Shown: positions 35,674 through 45,861 of the stretch, in pieces
How the letters are laid out: every line of letters begins with the position of its first letter
Numbering within the stretch: position 1 is the first letter of the stretch
Assembly: GCA_035391225.1 (NCBI GenBank)
Contig: DAOPKN010000002.1
Location: 41,411-105,410, forward strand
Direction of reading: 5' to 3'
Origin: Thermotogota bacterium
Lineage (GTDB): Bacteria; Thermotogota; Thermotogae; MWEM01
DNA length: 64,000 nt
Notes under the pieces: model-generated
The model's input: the letters and a program-made list of their open reading frames with translations, nothing else
The model's database searches: none
Told to the model about the DNA's origin: nothing
Program-made: the position numbers and the translations under genes

Positions 35674-36326
35674 TGGATGCCAAGAAGGCACGGGAATGGA
35701 TCGCGCAACGGGTGGCCAAGGAGCTGCACGATGGTGACGTGGTGAACCTGGGTATTGGAATACCCACGCTCGTGGCGAATTTCCTGCCCCAAGGTGTGCA
35801 GATTTTCCTGCAATCCGAGAACGGCGTACTGGGAATGGGGCCTGTTCCCCCGGAGGGCTTCGAGAATCCCGAGATATCCAATGCAGGGGGTATGCCCGTT
35901 TCGTTTCTTCCCGGTGCCGCGGCTTTCGACTCCGCAACCTCTTTTGGGTTGATTCGTGGAGGGCACGTGGATGTGACGGTACTGGGAGCATTGCAGGTGG
36001 ATGCACGGGGCCACCTTGCCAACTGGATGATTCCTGGGAAGCTGATTCCCGGAATGGGGGGAGCAATGGACCTGGTCACGGGTGCCAAAAAGGTTATCGT
36101 GGCCATGACGCACACCAACAAGGACGGATCCCCGAAGATCATCGAAACATGCACCCTACCCTTGACGTCCATCCGCAAGGTGGACCTGGTGGTGACCGAT
36201 GCCGCCGTGCTGGAAGTGAACTCCCACGGATTGGTATTGCAAGAACTGGGACCGCAAACCACCCTGGAAGAACTCATCCAGTCCACGGGGGCCAACTTGA
36301 TCATCCCGGAGAAATTCCGCAAATGA
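35670..36326 (+). CDS. 3-oxoacid/acetate CoA-transferase subunit B
   Basis: ATGA overlap. The catalytic glutamate context is LQSENGVLGMGP, followed by GGAMDLV. Confidence 0.85.
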   Translation: MMDAKKAREWIAQRVAKELHDGDVVNLGIGIPTLVANFLPQGVQIFLQSENGVLGMGPVPPEGFENPEISNAGGMPVSFLPGAAAFDSATSFGLIRGGHVDVTVLGALQVDARGHLANWMIPGKLIPGMGGAMDLVTGAKKVIVAMTHTNKDGSPKIIETCTLPLTSIRKVDLVVTDAAVLEVNSHGLVLQELGPQTTLEELIQSTGANLIIPEKFRK

Positions 36327-36331
36327 ACGAA

Positions 36332-36355
36332 CCCCTCCTGGCGGAGGGGTTTTTT
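36332..36355. terminator. Rho-independent terminator between convergent genes
   Basis: CCCCTCC (36332-36338), tggc loop, GGAGGGG (36343-36349), followed by TTTTTT. Confidence 0.8.
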
Positions 36356-37622
36356 AATTCAGCCAGGCGAAACTGCTGCAAATTTTCTGCACTTGGTTGA
36401 CGAAAAACGATTCGCGTTCCAGCTCCTCGCGGGAAACGAGTTGCGAAAACGCCAACGCTTCCGAGAAGAAAAGGGTCAAATCCTGCGCGAAACCGGGATC
36501 CTCCACCGCCACCACGATTTCCCCGTCGAAGTACAGGGAACGTACGTTCACGTTTGCCGAGCCCACTACCGCGTACACGCCATCGAAGAGAGCAGCTTTG
36601 CCGTGGAAAAACTGTGCCTGGTACTCGAAGATCTGCACCCCCGCGGACACGATCTCATCGTAGTAGTACCTTCCGCTGTCGTACACATGCTTGCGGTCGC
36701 ATGTTTGCCGGGAATTGGTGAGGATGCGCACCTGGACGCCGCGCTGGGCGGCACGGATGAGTGCCTGGTACAGCTCGTAGGGGTAGGGGGAAAAAAACGG
36801 TGTCTGGATATCGATGGAATCCTGGGCGGTTTCGATGGCCAGAATCATCACGTCGCGGAAAGGAAGGTCCCTGCTGAGGTAGGGTTGCTGGTGGATTACG
36901 CGCACCCGTGCCGACCCAGGGGTCGCAGCTGGTTCCATGGGAAGCTCGTGGAACGGTTCTTCCGCCAAGCCGATGTGGTTCCAAGTCTGGAAAAAAACCG
37001 ATTGGATCTCTGCCACCGCTGGCCCTCGCACCAAAAAATTCATGTCCAGGTGCGGAGCCTGGTTTACCCCGCGCGACCATGCCTGGGAGGAGGAATACCC
37101 CAGCGCGTTCACTTCGTCCACGTTGGCGCCTCCCACGAGTGCCACGCGGGAATCCACTTCCAAGATCTTCTCGTGGGCGATGTAATTGGAGGCTCCGATT
37201 TGGAAGGGTTGCCGGGAAAAGGCACGCAAAGAGAAGTGGGGGGCATTCAGGGAAAGCAGGTACGATTTCTTTTTTTGCAGCACCCCGATCGGGTCGAAGA
37301 GCAACCGGCACGGAATCCCTTGTTCAGCCTTCTTCTGCAGGATTTCCAGCACCTGCGATCCCATGGAATCCACGAGAAAAATGAAGGTTTGCAGGTTCAC
37401 GTGGTGTTCCGCGCTCTCCAACAGCGCGAAAAATGTCTCGATGTATGCACTCCCATTGGTAAGGAGCACCAATTGGTTCCCCTCGGTAACCCGCGAAGCG
37501 GTGCGCTGGTCCAAGATGGACTCGAAAGCCGGGCATCCAAAGAAAAACTCCTCGGAAGTGGACGCTATGCACACGCAAGCCAGGGCCACAAGCAAGAAGC
37601 ACGGGAAAAGAAGCTGCTTCAT
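36354..37622 (-). CDS. Phospholipase D / cardiolipin synthase-like protein with signal peptide
   Basis: Two HKD motifs (HEKILEVDSRVALVGGANV and HGKAALFDGVYAVVGSANV). Hydrophobic N-terminus LLFPCFLLVALACVCIAS. Confidence 0.85.
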   Translation of the reverse strand: MKQLLFPCFLLVALACVCIASTSEEFFFGCPAFESILDQRTASRVTEGNQLVLLTNGSAYIETFFALLESAEHHVNLQTFIFLVDSMGSQVLEILQKKAEQGIPCRLLFDPIGVLQKKKSYLLSLNAPHFSLRAFSRQPFQIGASNYIAHEKILEVDSRVALVGGANVDEVNALGYSSSQAWSRGVNQAPHLDMNFLVRGPAVAEIQSVFFQTWNHIGLAEEPFHELPMEPAATPGSARVRVIHQQPYLSRDLPFRDVMILAIETAQDSIDIQTPFFSPYPYELYQALIRAAQRGVQVRILTNSRQTCDRKHVYDSGRYYYDEIVSAGVQIFEYQAQFFHGKAALFDGVYAVVGSANVNVRSLYFDGEIVVAVEDPGFAQDLTLFFSEALAFSQLVSREELERESFFVNQVQKICSSFAWLN

Positions 37623-38452
37623 TTTCCCGTTGCCAAGAAGCTTTCCCAGCGCTTCCGGATCCTTGCGAATCCCTTCGAAACGACAAGAGGCTGTGCTTCC
37701 AGCGAGCGCAGGGGCACAGGTCCCATGCTGGTGTGGGTGAGGAACACCTCTCGCCCCTGGAAAAGCTCCCAGGGTTGCACCAGGCGTTCCTGTGCTTCCC
37801 AGCCGTCCTCGCGGGCGAGTAGCAGGATTTGCGAGCGGGTGATTCCGGAAAGGATGCCTGTTTCCAGCGAAGGGGTGACGATTTTGTCCCCGTCCAGGAA
37901 GAAAACGTTGCTGAACGTGCCTTCTGCCACGAACCCCTCGCTGTTGAGCAAAATCCAGTCGTACAGTTCCGGGGGACGGTAGAGCCGGGACAAGAAGACA
38001 TCTGGCGAAGAGATGGTTTTGATGACCACGCTGTCTAAGGAAGTGGTTTTCCTTCGGAAGGGTGAGAAACCCGCGTCCACACCTGTTTGGAACATCCCCG
38101 GTGGGGGAACGGGAAGTGGTTTGAAATGCACGAAGGTGGTGGGAGAAGCGGGAATATCCGGTTGATGGGGACCACAGGAAATCTGGATGCGGGCCAGCAC
38201 CTGGTCCAGTGCATTCCTTTTTTTCCCTTCGCGCAAGATGCTTTCCAGCTCCCGGTGGTCAAAGGGAAGCGGGATTTTCATTTGGCCGGCGGAGTGCTGC
38301 AAGCGCTGCCAGTGCTCAAAAACCGCGAAAAAGGAGGTTCCTACGGTACGGATGGTTTCGTACACCGCCACACCGCTCAAGAACCCTTCGTCGAAAATGG
38401 AAATGCGGGCATTCTGCTTTCGCACCCAATGACCGTTCAAGTAGACCCACAA
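37619..38452 (-). CDS. Class IV PLP-dependent aminotransferase (branched-chain / D-amino-acid / ADC-lyase family)
   Basis: N-terminus is YLNGHWVRKQNARISIFDEGFLSGVAVYETIR. Family-typical length of 277 aa. ATGA overlap with the downstream gene. Confidence 0.8.
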   Translation of the reverse strand: MWVYLNGHWVRKQNARISIFDEGFLSGVAVYETIRTVGTSFFAVFEHWQRLQHSAGQMKIPLPFDHRELESILREGKKRNALDQVLARIQISCGPHQPDIPASPTTFVHFKPLPVPPPGMFQTGVDAGFSPFRRKTTSLDSVVIKTISSPDVFLSRLYRPPELYDWILLNSEGFVAEGTFSNVFFLDGDKIVTPSLETGILSGITRSQILLLAREDGWEAQERLVQPWELFQGREVFLTHTSMGPVPLRSLEAQPLVVSKGFARIRKRWESFLATGK

Positions 38453-39780
38453 GGTTTTGACACCATCCTGTCAAGGGTGGAAGGCTCCACGGAACAGGGG
38501 ACCACCCGGATTTTCGCTCCGGAACGGAGTGGTTCCGAACCGGGAAGAGCAGGGAAGACGTGGTGCACGTAAAAGGCGTCGTGCCCATGGAACCAACCTC
38601 TTCTGTGCGCGGAGAAACTTCCCTCCACAAGCACCTCGCGAGGTTCTCCCAGGTGTTTTGCCCGGAAAGACTGGGAAGACTGCCCCAGCACGGCCTGCAA
38701 GGAACGGATCCGTTCGCGGAGCACCGCTTTGGGGACGCGGGGAAACAAAGAGAAAGCACGCGTGCCTTCCCGGGGGGAAAAGGGGAAAACATGCACTTTC
38801 AAGAAATCAAACTCCCGGAAGAAGTGCAACACCTTGTCCCAATCACTGGCGCTTTCTCCGGGAAAACCGGCGATCAAGTCCCCGGTGAAACTGAAAAGGG
38901 GATTAGCGGTACGAAGCGCACAGAGCAAAGCTTCCACCTGCTCGGCCGTGTACGGACGATGCATCCGTTCCAGCACCTGGTTCGATACGTGTTGCAGCGA
39001 AACGTGTAGGTGCGGGCACATGCGCGGATGTTGGAACATCGCGAGGAGCTCTTGGTCGGCGTCGTTGGGATTCAACGAACCGAGACGAAGGCGAAAATCG
39101 CCAGGAAGCTGCAGCAGACTGCGAAGAAGCCCGGGGAGGTTCACCCCGTTTTGCCGATATAAGCCCAGGTTTATCCCGGTGAGCACGATTTCGCGGTAGC
39201 CGTTTTGCACCAAGCCAGCGACTTCCTGGCATACAAGCGAAAGGGGCTTGGAGCGCAACGTTGTGCCACGGGCCTGGATGATCTTGCAATAGCTGCAACC
39301 CACGTTGCATCCCTCTTGCACCAACACTTCGGCACGGGTTCTTCCCGGGACCTCGCGCAGGACACTGGATAGCTCCTGCTGCAGCCAGTACGCTCCGAAA
39401 GAACCTTCTGGGGCTCGTTGTGGACGTTCCTGGCAAAGTGTTACAATGGATGACTTGCCACCGTTACCCACCACCAGGTCGCACAACGGTTCCAATTGCT
39501 CTGGGAAAACTTGTGCGCTGCACCCGGTCACGACAAGGAACGCCTTGGGATGCAAACGCCGGCACTTGCGCAACAATTGGCGCGTTTTTCGGTCGGCTTC
39601 TGCGGTTACCGTACACGAGTTCACGAGTACAATGTCGGGGGCCGCTTCGCCATCCGTGATGCAGTACCCCGCTTGCTCCAGTTGCTGGGCCATCCAATGG
39701 CTTTCGTATTGGTTCACCTTGCACCCCAGCGTGTGGATCGCCACGCGTGGGGGGCGGGAAGTAGAGACCAAATCCATCAA
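38437..39780 (-). CDS. mtaB: Radical SAM methylthiotransferase (MtaB/MiaB/RimO family)
   Basis: N-terminal VAIHTLGCKVNQYES and radical SAM motif GCNVGCSYC. Confidence 0.85.
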   Translation of the reverse strand: MMDLVSTSRPPRVAIHTLGCKVNQYESHWMAQQLEQAGYCITDGEAAPDIVLVNSCTVTAEADRKTRQLLRKCRRLHPKAFLVVTGCSAQVFPEQLEPLCDLVVGNGGKSSIVTLCQERPQRAPEGSFGAYWLQQELSSVLREVPGRTRAEVLVQEGCNVGCSYCKIIQARGTTLRSKPLSLVCQEVAGLVQNGYREIVLTGINLGLYRQNGVNLPGLLRSLLQLPGDFRLRLGSLNPNDADQELLAMFQHPRMCPHLHVSLQHVSNQVLERMHRPYTAEQVEALLCALRTANPLFSFTGDLIAGFPGESASDWDKVLHFFREFDFLKVHVFPFSPREGTRAFSLFPRVPKAVLRERIRSLQAVLGQSSQSFRAKHLGEPREVLVEGSFSAHRRGWFHGHDAFYVHHVFPALPGSEPLRSGAKIRVVPCSVEPSTLDRMVSKPCGST

Positions 39781-40250
39781 ATGCTCGGGTTTTGTTCCAA
39801 TCCCAGTTCCTCGAGAACCCCAAACAGGATCTGGGAACGATTGACAAGACCGCGCAGGTGTTTCTGGTCATCCACGACGCACAGCGAGAAAAACTTGTGG
39901 CGAATCAAGAGGTCTGAGGCATTGAGCAACGTATCGTCTTCTCGCACGGTGATGACGTTGCGATTCATGAAACGATGAATGGGTTCTTTGCGGATTTCCG
40001 CCAATTTTCGTTTGAGTTGGTTGGTGTCGGGAATGAAGGAGGCGGATTGGAGCATGCCAAAATACGAAGGGATTACCGCGTTGACGATATCGTTCTCGCT
40101 AATCATCCCCACGATGATCATGTCCTCATCCACCACGGGCAGCCCCGTTCGCATATGGTTGGCACAAAGGCGAATAAAACGCTCCACGGTTTCATCCTCG
40201 AACACCGCAGAAATATCACGGATCATGATGTCTCCAACTTTCATTGCCAT
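39777..40250 (-). CDS. CBS domain pair protein
   Basis: Two CBS repeats (..TGLPVVDEDMIIVGMISENDI.. and ..FFSLCVVDDQKHLRGLVNRSQI..). ATGA overlap with mtaB. Confidence 0.8.
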   Translation of the reverse strand: MAMKVGDIMIRDISAVFEDETVERFIRLCANHMRTGLPVVDEDMIIVGMISENDIVNAVIPSYFGMLQSASFIPDTNQLKRKLAEIRKEPIHRFMNRNVITVREDDTLLNASDLLIRHKFFSLCVVDDQKHLRGLVNRSQILFGVLEELGLEQNPSI

Positions 40251-40255
40251 TCACC

Positions 40256-41218
40256 TCAATCCAGTCGTTCCACTTTGATATGTTCCATGCAGGTTTGGAT
40301 GTCTTCCAACTTGGGCATTTCCTTTTTGACGTAGTGGGTCTTGGCAAGGGCGGCTGCCATACCGAACTTGGCGGTTGCCAGCAGGTCCTTGCCGTTCTTC
40401 AGCGCGTTGTAGATCATGGCGGTCATGTACACGTCCCCGGTTCCCAAGAGGTGGGAAGGATCCACGCTTTCTTGGATGATCGTGAGGAACCAAGAAGCAT
40501 CCCGGGTGAAAATCAGGTCATGCTTCATCTGGTAGGAAATGACCACCAATTCGGCTCCCTTGTGAATGATTTCCCGCCCCGCGTCAAGGTAGTCCGAAAA
40601 CGACTCCACTTCCTGCCCCAAGATCTTGTTATCGCTGCGCAAGTCGGGGCGGACCACGTGCGGGCACGCCTGGTTCACGGCATTGGTGAGAAGCCTTCCG
40701 CGTGCCTCCATGAGGACCCAGTTGCCCTGTTCCTTGGCCATCTTGCTCAGCGAGGCGTACACGTCAAGGGGGATCCCGAAGGGTGCGGACCCGGAAATCA
40801 AGGAAATCTTGGTATGGGAAACGGCGGTTTGGTACAGGCGCAAGAAATGGAGGAGATCCTCCTCCATGATGGTGGGGCCCATGGCATTGATTTCGGTGAT
40901 GGAATGGTTCATCTCGTCCACGATGGCGAGGTTTTCCCGGCTCTCCTCTTCCATGCGCACGAAATTGGTGGTGACATCCTTGAAACGCCTGCGAAGCTCC
41001 TCCAGGATCACCCTTCCGGTGTACCCCCCAAGGAAACCCATGGCGAGGGAGGGGATACCCAGCGAGGAAAGCATCATGGAAACGTTGATCCCCTTTCCAC
41101 CCGGGTCCATGATCATGTTTTCCCGGTTGAAGATACGGTGCAGTTGGTTGAGTTGAAAATTGGGAATGATGACTTCTCGATCCAGGGCAGGGTTCAGTGT
41201 TACGGTAAGGATTTCCAT
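40256..41218 (-). CDS. PfkB-family sugar-phosphate kinase (1-phosphofructokinase / tagatose-6-phosphate kinase type)
   Basis: TVTLNPALD, GGKGINVS and C-terminal LGTGDV motifs. Confidence 0.85.
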   Translation of the reverse strand: MEILTVTLNPALDREVIIPNFQLNQLHRIFNRENMIMDPGGKGINVSMMLSSLGIPSLAMGFLGGYTGRVILEELRRRFKDVTTNFVRMEEESRENLAIVDEMNHSITEINAMGPTIMEEDLLHFLRLYQTAVSHTKISLISGSAPFGIPLDVYASLSKMAKEQGNWVLMEARGRLLTNAVNQACPHVVRPDLRSDNKILGQEVESFSDYLDAGREIIHKGAELVVISYQMKHDLIFTRDASWFLTIIQESVDPSHLLGTGDVYMTAMIYNALKNGKDLLATAKFGMAAALAKTHYVKKEMPKLEDIQTCMEHIKVERLD

Positions 41219-41236
41219 CCTCTTCCCCCTTTGGCA

Positions 41237-43327
41237 TTATTTTTGGATGATGATCTCCACGTGGTCTCCCTCGGAAAGGGAATCCATGAACGCGGCCTTT
41301 TGGCCTTGTATCTCAATGGAAAAACTCTTCAGGTCACTGACGTCGAAGTCCAGCACCGAAAAAATATCAATGACCTTGGGAATAATCGGTGTGATTTCCA
41401 CCACCACGTTGGCATTGTCGAAAAGCGGGGAATCGAGTTCGGCGCGTAGCCCATCGATACTGATTTGGAAAGAGGCCGCGGGAATTTTCACGCTCTTTCC
41501 ATTCACGTGCACCTCGATCATGGGTATGGACATTTCCTGCAACAGGTTGCGGATGCGTGGGGAATGCTCGGTGGTTTTCAGGGATAAGCGTGAGCCAGGA
41601 GGGATGGAATCCCCGTAGTGCACTTTCCGTTCACCCAGGAAAAGCAAGTGCTCCTTGCAACAGACATTCCGAATCAACCCGTTGAACAGGATGGACCAGT
41701 ACTCCTTCTCTTCCATTCCCAGGGAAGCGTACACGCGGGCTACTTCCACGGCTTGGTCGAATGCGATGGTATCACCATCTTGCACCAAAACATCTTGGTC
41801 GAGGGGTTTGCCATTTCGGAAAACGGCAGGTGGCAATTCCATGCGGTGATCGTTTACCCAGGTGTTGAAAACAGGAAGAAGCTCCGAGAGGTACGCCGAG
41901 GGGCTCTTCCCCCGCGAACCGGGTTTGACCTCCACGATATCCCCGTGCTTGAGGCGATCCTCTACGCGAGCAGGTTTGGAGTTGATCAGCACCTTGGCTT
42001 CTTTTCCCACGCTCCCCTTAAGCACGTGCAACTTTCCATTGATTTCGCAGGTAATGGCCGGTCCGGGTTTCCCGATGATCTCATCGGGGGAGAAGCCACT
42101 CTGCAAAAGGGCCTGCATCACGGTGTTCTTGTTGTCCAGTGCCATCAAATCCACGGATTTACCGTTCAGCAGCACGCGGACGAAGACACTTCCGGTATTG
42201 GTGTGCAGGCTATTGGCAATCCCTACCGGGGTGACAAAGTCACTCCCCACCATACGATCGGTGCGGTCGTCGATGCTCGCCAGGTTTTCCACGGATTTGA
42301 GCGCAACGCGGTTAGCGGGCAGGGACAACTTTTCCGCGATGGACGCGGTGAAACCGGGAATGCGTGCGCCCCCACCGATCACCATCACCGCAACCGGAGC
42401 TTTGCCGTTCAGCGAAAGAATCTCGTCGCACACACGACGGGTGATTTCTTCCAACACGGGTTCCACGGTTTGCAAGAAAGTCGAACGATCCAGCGACACC
42501 TCGGAATCCAAGATATCGTGCACAACCACGTTTTCTTCCCCGTCGCTCAGGCGCCGCTTCACCTTCTCGCCGGTGGAAAAATCCAGCAAGAATTCGTCGC
42601 AGAGTCTTTCGGTGATTTCGTCTCCTGCCATGGGCACCATCCCGTAGGCAATGACGGTGTTATCGCGCGATACGGCGATGTCGGATGTGCCCGCCCCCAC
42701 ATCGATCAACACGATGTTGAGCTTGCGCAGGTCAGGGGGAACCACCAGGTTCATGGCCGCTATGGGTTCGAGGGTGATGTGAGAGGGAATGAGCCCGGTT
42801 TTTTCCAGAACGTTCATCATGGCATTCACGATGTACGCGGGCAGAAAAGCGGCCAAAACCTTTACCGAAGCAGAATGCCCGCGATGCCCCTCCAGGTTCT
42901 TGATCCATTCTCCGTCCAAGGAGTAATACAGCACCGAGTACCCCACGCAGTACATTTCGCGCCCTTCCAGGTCCAGCTTCTGGATGGAGTCGTTGATGGC
43001 ATCCATTTCCAAGGTCCGTACGGTTTCCCGGGAAATCGAGGGCTCCCTTTCCACGTCCTGTTGCGCTTCACCCACCGAAGTCTTCAAAAACCTTCCCGCC
43101 AGTGCGACGGATGCTTCGCGCAATTCCAGCGAGTTCCTCTGCGAAAGGGTTTGGGTGATCCGTGCCACCACGTTGGACACTTTCTGCACATCGTGTATGG
43201 CTCCGTCCAGCATCGCCCGTTCCTCATGTTCCAACATCTCGAAGTCGAGGATGGAAATGCCGTTTTCCCCTTTTTCCGCCAAAACTCCGACCACGGTTCG
43301 GGTTCCAATATCAAGCGCGTATATCAA
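41237..43327 (-). CDS. Actin-fold (FtsA/EutJ-like) ATPase fused to tandem ThiS/MoaD-like beta-grasp repeats
   Basis: The start is taken as TTG 43327, 7 nt after AGGAGG. The upstream ATG 43357 lies inside the -10 element. Actin-fold motifs are YALDIGTRT, LIDVGAGTSDIA and VIGGGARIPG. The C-terminal half has repeated ..NGK....(D)GD.IE(V/I).. modules. Confidence 0.8.
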   Translation of the reverse strand: MIYALDIGTRTVVGVLAEKGENGISILDFEMLEHEERAMLDGAIHDVQKVSNVVARITQTLSQRNSLELREASVALAGRFLKTSVGEAQQDVEREPSISRETVRTLEMDAINDSIQKLDLEGREMYCVGYSVLYYSLDGEWIKNLEGHRGHSASVKVLAAFLPAYIVNAMMNVLEKTGLIPSHITLEPIAAMNLVVPPDLRKLNIVLIDVGAGTSDIAVSRDNTVIAYGMVPMAGDEITERLCDEFLLDFSTGEKVKRRLSDGEENVVVHDILDSEVSLDRSTFLQTVEPVLEEITRRVCDEILSLNGKAPVAVMVIGGGARIPGFTASIAEKLSLPANRVALKSVENLASIDDRTDRMVGSDFVTPVGIANSLHTNTGSVFVRVLLNGKSVDLMALDNKNTVMQALLQSGFSPDEIIGKPGPAITCEINGKLHVLKGSVGKEAKVLINSKPARVEDRLKHGDIVEVKPGSRGKSPSAYLSELLPVFNTWVNDHRMELPPAVFRNGKPLDQDVLVQDGDTIAFDQAVEVARVYASLGMEEKEYWSILFNGLIRNVCCKEHLLFLGERKVHYGDSIPPGSRLSLKTTEHSPRIRNLLQEMSIPMIEVHVNGKSVKIPAASFQISIDGLRAELDSPLFDNANVVVEITPIIPKVIDIFSVLDFDVSDLKSFSIEIQGQKAAFMDSLSEGDHVEIIIQK

Positions 43328-43355
43328 ACGAAAACCTCCTGAAAAAGGTTGTACC

Positions 43356-43364
43356 ATTATACCA
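43356..43364 (-). promoter_or_regulatory. Extended -10 promoter (TGGTATAAT) for the FtsA-like gene
   Basis: The minus strand reads TGGTATAAT, 29 nt upstream of TTG 43327. Confidence 0.5.
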
Positions 43365-43398
43365 TACTGCGGAGACAAAGGTTGCCGCAGGCCTCCCT

Positions 43399-44508
43399 TT
43401 ATGGCTGGGGAACGTTCCTTCCTTTCCAGGTGGTTTTCCCCTTTTTCTGCCGTACCAATGCATGGATTCCCATTGCAACGAGTACCGGGAAGTGAACGGG
43501 CTGCAGCACCCAGCACCAAGCGGGGATGCCGTGCATATGGTCCACCGAAAAGCGAATGGCGAAGTTCAGCGCAAGGGCCGCGAGTGCCCATCCCAAACCA
43601 CCGGTGAAAAAGGAAGCCACCAGCGCCACCCAGGGAAGAAACTCGAAAACCCCCAGCGCTACACCAGCACCCAGGAGCTGTACCGGGGAACCCTGCAAGG
43701 AGGAGACGAGGCTTTTGGAAACCCCAAGGAAACCTTCCCGAAACCCGTGGTACATTCGAATGGTGGAAAAGCGGGTGATGTCCACGTACACGACTTTCCC
43801 CCCGGTTTCCTTGACCCGGTGGGAGAGCGCGACGTCATCCGCGAGGATGTTGCGGATGCCCGCGAATCCCCCGGATTGCGCGTAGCCCTCCCGGGAAAAA
43901 ACCATGAAATTCCCGCTGGCAAGGCTAAACTTGCGTTTTGGATGGGAGACCCATCGCAAGGGGAGCAGGGCAAAAATGAGGATTCCCACGAAGGAATAGG
44001 TCACCGCTTCTCCCAGGGAGAGGATTTGCTGGTAGGGTATTCCCGAAAGCAGGTCCGCTCCACTGTTGCGTACGAGCGCCACCAGATCGCGGAAAGAACC
44101 GGGGGTATGGAACGAGTCCGCATCGCAAAACACCAGGATCGAACCCTTAGCCTTTTCCCAGAGCTGGTGACACGCCCAGTTCTTCCCCACCCATCCTTGG
44201 GGCAAAGGCTTGCCGGGAAACCAGCGGAAACAAGGATGCTGTACACCCTGCAGGTATTCACCGGTGCCATCCGTGGAACCGTCATCCAACACGAGCACTT
44301 CTTGGAAAGGATAGTCGTCCGAAAGCAAGGACTCCACGCAACGCGCGATGTTCCCGATTTCGTTTCGTGCGGGCACCAAGATACTGATCAACGGGAGCGG
44401 ATGCCCTGGTTTTTTCTGCGGGAGGGAAGAGAAGCGGAGGTACTCTTTTCGCTTCACCCACACCCAAACGCCCCAAACCGAGAACAGCACGAAGAGAAAC
44501 AGGCCCAT
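43399..44508 (-). CDS. Family 2 glycosyltransferase with C-terminal membrane helices
   Basis: ISILVPARNE...VLVLDDGSTDGT (DxD region) and several C-terminal TM helices. The start abuts the stop of the upstream gene. Confidence 0.85.
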   Translation of the reverse strand: MGLFLFVLFSVWGVWVWVKRKEYLRFSSLPQKKPGHPLPLISILVPARNEIGNIARCVESLLSDDYPFQEVLVLDDGSTDGTGEYLQGVQHPCFRWFPGKPLPQGWVGKNWACHQLWEKAKGSILVFCDADSFHTPGSFRDLVALVRNSGADLLSGIPYQQILSLGEAVTYSFVGILIFALLPLRWVSHPKRKFSLASGNFMVFSREGYAQSGGFAGIRNILADDVALSHRVKETGGKVVYVDITRFSTIRMYHGFREGFLGVSKSLVSSLQGSPVQLLGAGVALGVFEFLPWVALVASFFTGGLGWALAALALNFAIRFSVDHMHGIPAWCWVLQPVHFPVLVAMGIHALVRQKKGKTTWKGRNVPQP

Positions 44509-45861
44509 TCATGGCTCCTTTTTGGAGAGGAGGGTTTGAAGGTCGAAAACACTTCCCACTTGGAACTGGAAAAGCGGCAACACTTTGTTTTCCCCTTTTT
44601 GGAGTGCGACGTTTTGCAAAAAGCAAATACCCAGGCAGAAATCCAAGTACAATTCGGGTGTGACATCCCAGTGGATTTCCCCCAGGAAGGATTGCTGGAA
44701 GCTCAAGACCTCGTCGTCCAACCAGATGAATCCCTTTCCTTCGGGCATGGGTTCGCCGTGCCATGGGGTAAAGGGGTCACGGTGTCCGAATGCCACGAAC
44801 TCGCCCGTGACGCTCCAGTGAACCGGGGTAGCTTGCTGGGAGTAGGTGAAACTGGTAACCCCACTGTTTTCGCCGTAGAGGAAACCGATCATGTTGTACT
44901 CCAGGGGAAGGTCTGGGTCCTCCTCGAAAAAAACGTACTGGTACGGGGGAATGTTCATGCTGGTACGCTGGAACGTATACTTCGTGGCACCGGCAAATTC
45001 CAGTTGCACGCAATGCCTATCCCAGGAATACTCTGCCCCCATGTTCCAGGCAATTTTTTGGGGATGCTTGGAAAGGTCTTGGGTAAAGATATTCACGTAG
45101 AAATCGTCCACCAGCACTTCCCCAAACAAACGCCAGGAGGAGGGAGAATACTCCACCCAGAAACCCAGCAGCCCGTTGTCGTTGTTGGGTTCGCTCCAAG
45201 GTGCGGAAAAGGAGCGGTACTCCTGCATCATCTGGTAGGGGAAAGGGGAGAGCATGTAGGGAAAATCCAGCGAGCGTTCCAAGAAGAGGATGGCTTCCAC
45301 GAAACCCAGGGAAAGATCGGGGAAGGGGAACCAATCCCAACTTCGGTAATACAGGGTTTTGGCACATTGGCGTTCCTCCCCCGTCGCAAAGTTGGAAATG
45401 GCATTCCGATAGAAGATCCAGTTCGTCTTCAAGCGGAACAAGTCGAAGGGTTGCCAGCTCCAGGACACAGAAGGCACCGGGGGGCCATTGGGGGCAAGGA
45501 AGAGGGGATACCTGTTGGCAGGTCCCTCGTGAAACAGCTGCATCCCAATCTTGGCATCGAAATCGGGGGTGTCAATCCAGAAGTACCCCTCGCCCGGTGT
45601 GTAGTAGAGATCGAGGTACTTCTTCCAAATATTGAAAACCGGTTGCACTTCCCCGATGGAAAAGTTGCGGATATCGAAGGAATGCACGAGACCCATCCAG
45701 TCATGGGAAAGGCTAAGGCTTCCGAATGCCCGAATCCCGGGTTCCAGAACCACACGGTCGTTTCGGACTTCCGCACCCAGCTCCAAGCTTCCCTCCCACC
45801 CCAGAGCAGATGTGCACAGCAAAAGAAGAACCGCAAACAAGGCAAGAAAGATTTGTTTCAT
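44509..45861 (-). CDS. Secreted aromatic-rich beta protein (possible outer-membrane beta-barrel, Wzi-like?)
   Basis: ATG 45861 overlaps the upstream stop (ATGA). Signal peptide MKQIFLALFAVLLLLCTSALG. Very rich in W/Y/F with alternating patterns. The family assignment is speculative. Confidence 0.6.
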   Translation of the reverse strand: MKQIFLALFAVLLLLCTSALGWEGSLELGAEVRNDRVVLEPGIRAFGSLSLSHDWMGLVHSFDIRNFSIGEVQPVFNIWKKYLDLYYTPGEGYFWIDTPDFDAKIGMQLFHEGPANRYPLFLAPNGPPVPSVSWSWQPFDLFRLKTNWIFYRNAISNFATGEERQCAKTLYYRSWDWFPFPDLSLGFVEAILFLERSLDFPYMLSPFPYQMMQEYRSFSAPWSEPNNDNGLLGFWVEYSPSSWRLFGEVLVDDFYVNIFTQDLSKHPQKIAWNMGAEYSWDRHCVQLEFAGATKYTFQRTSMNIPPYQYVFFEEDPDLPLEYNMIGFLYGENSGVTSFTYSQQATPVHWSVTGEFVAFGHRDPFTPWHGEPMPEGKGFIWLDDEVLSFQQSFLGEIHWDVTPELYLDFCLGICFLQNVALQKGENKVLPLFQFQVGSVFDLQTLLSKKEP

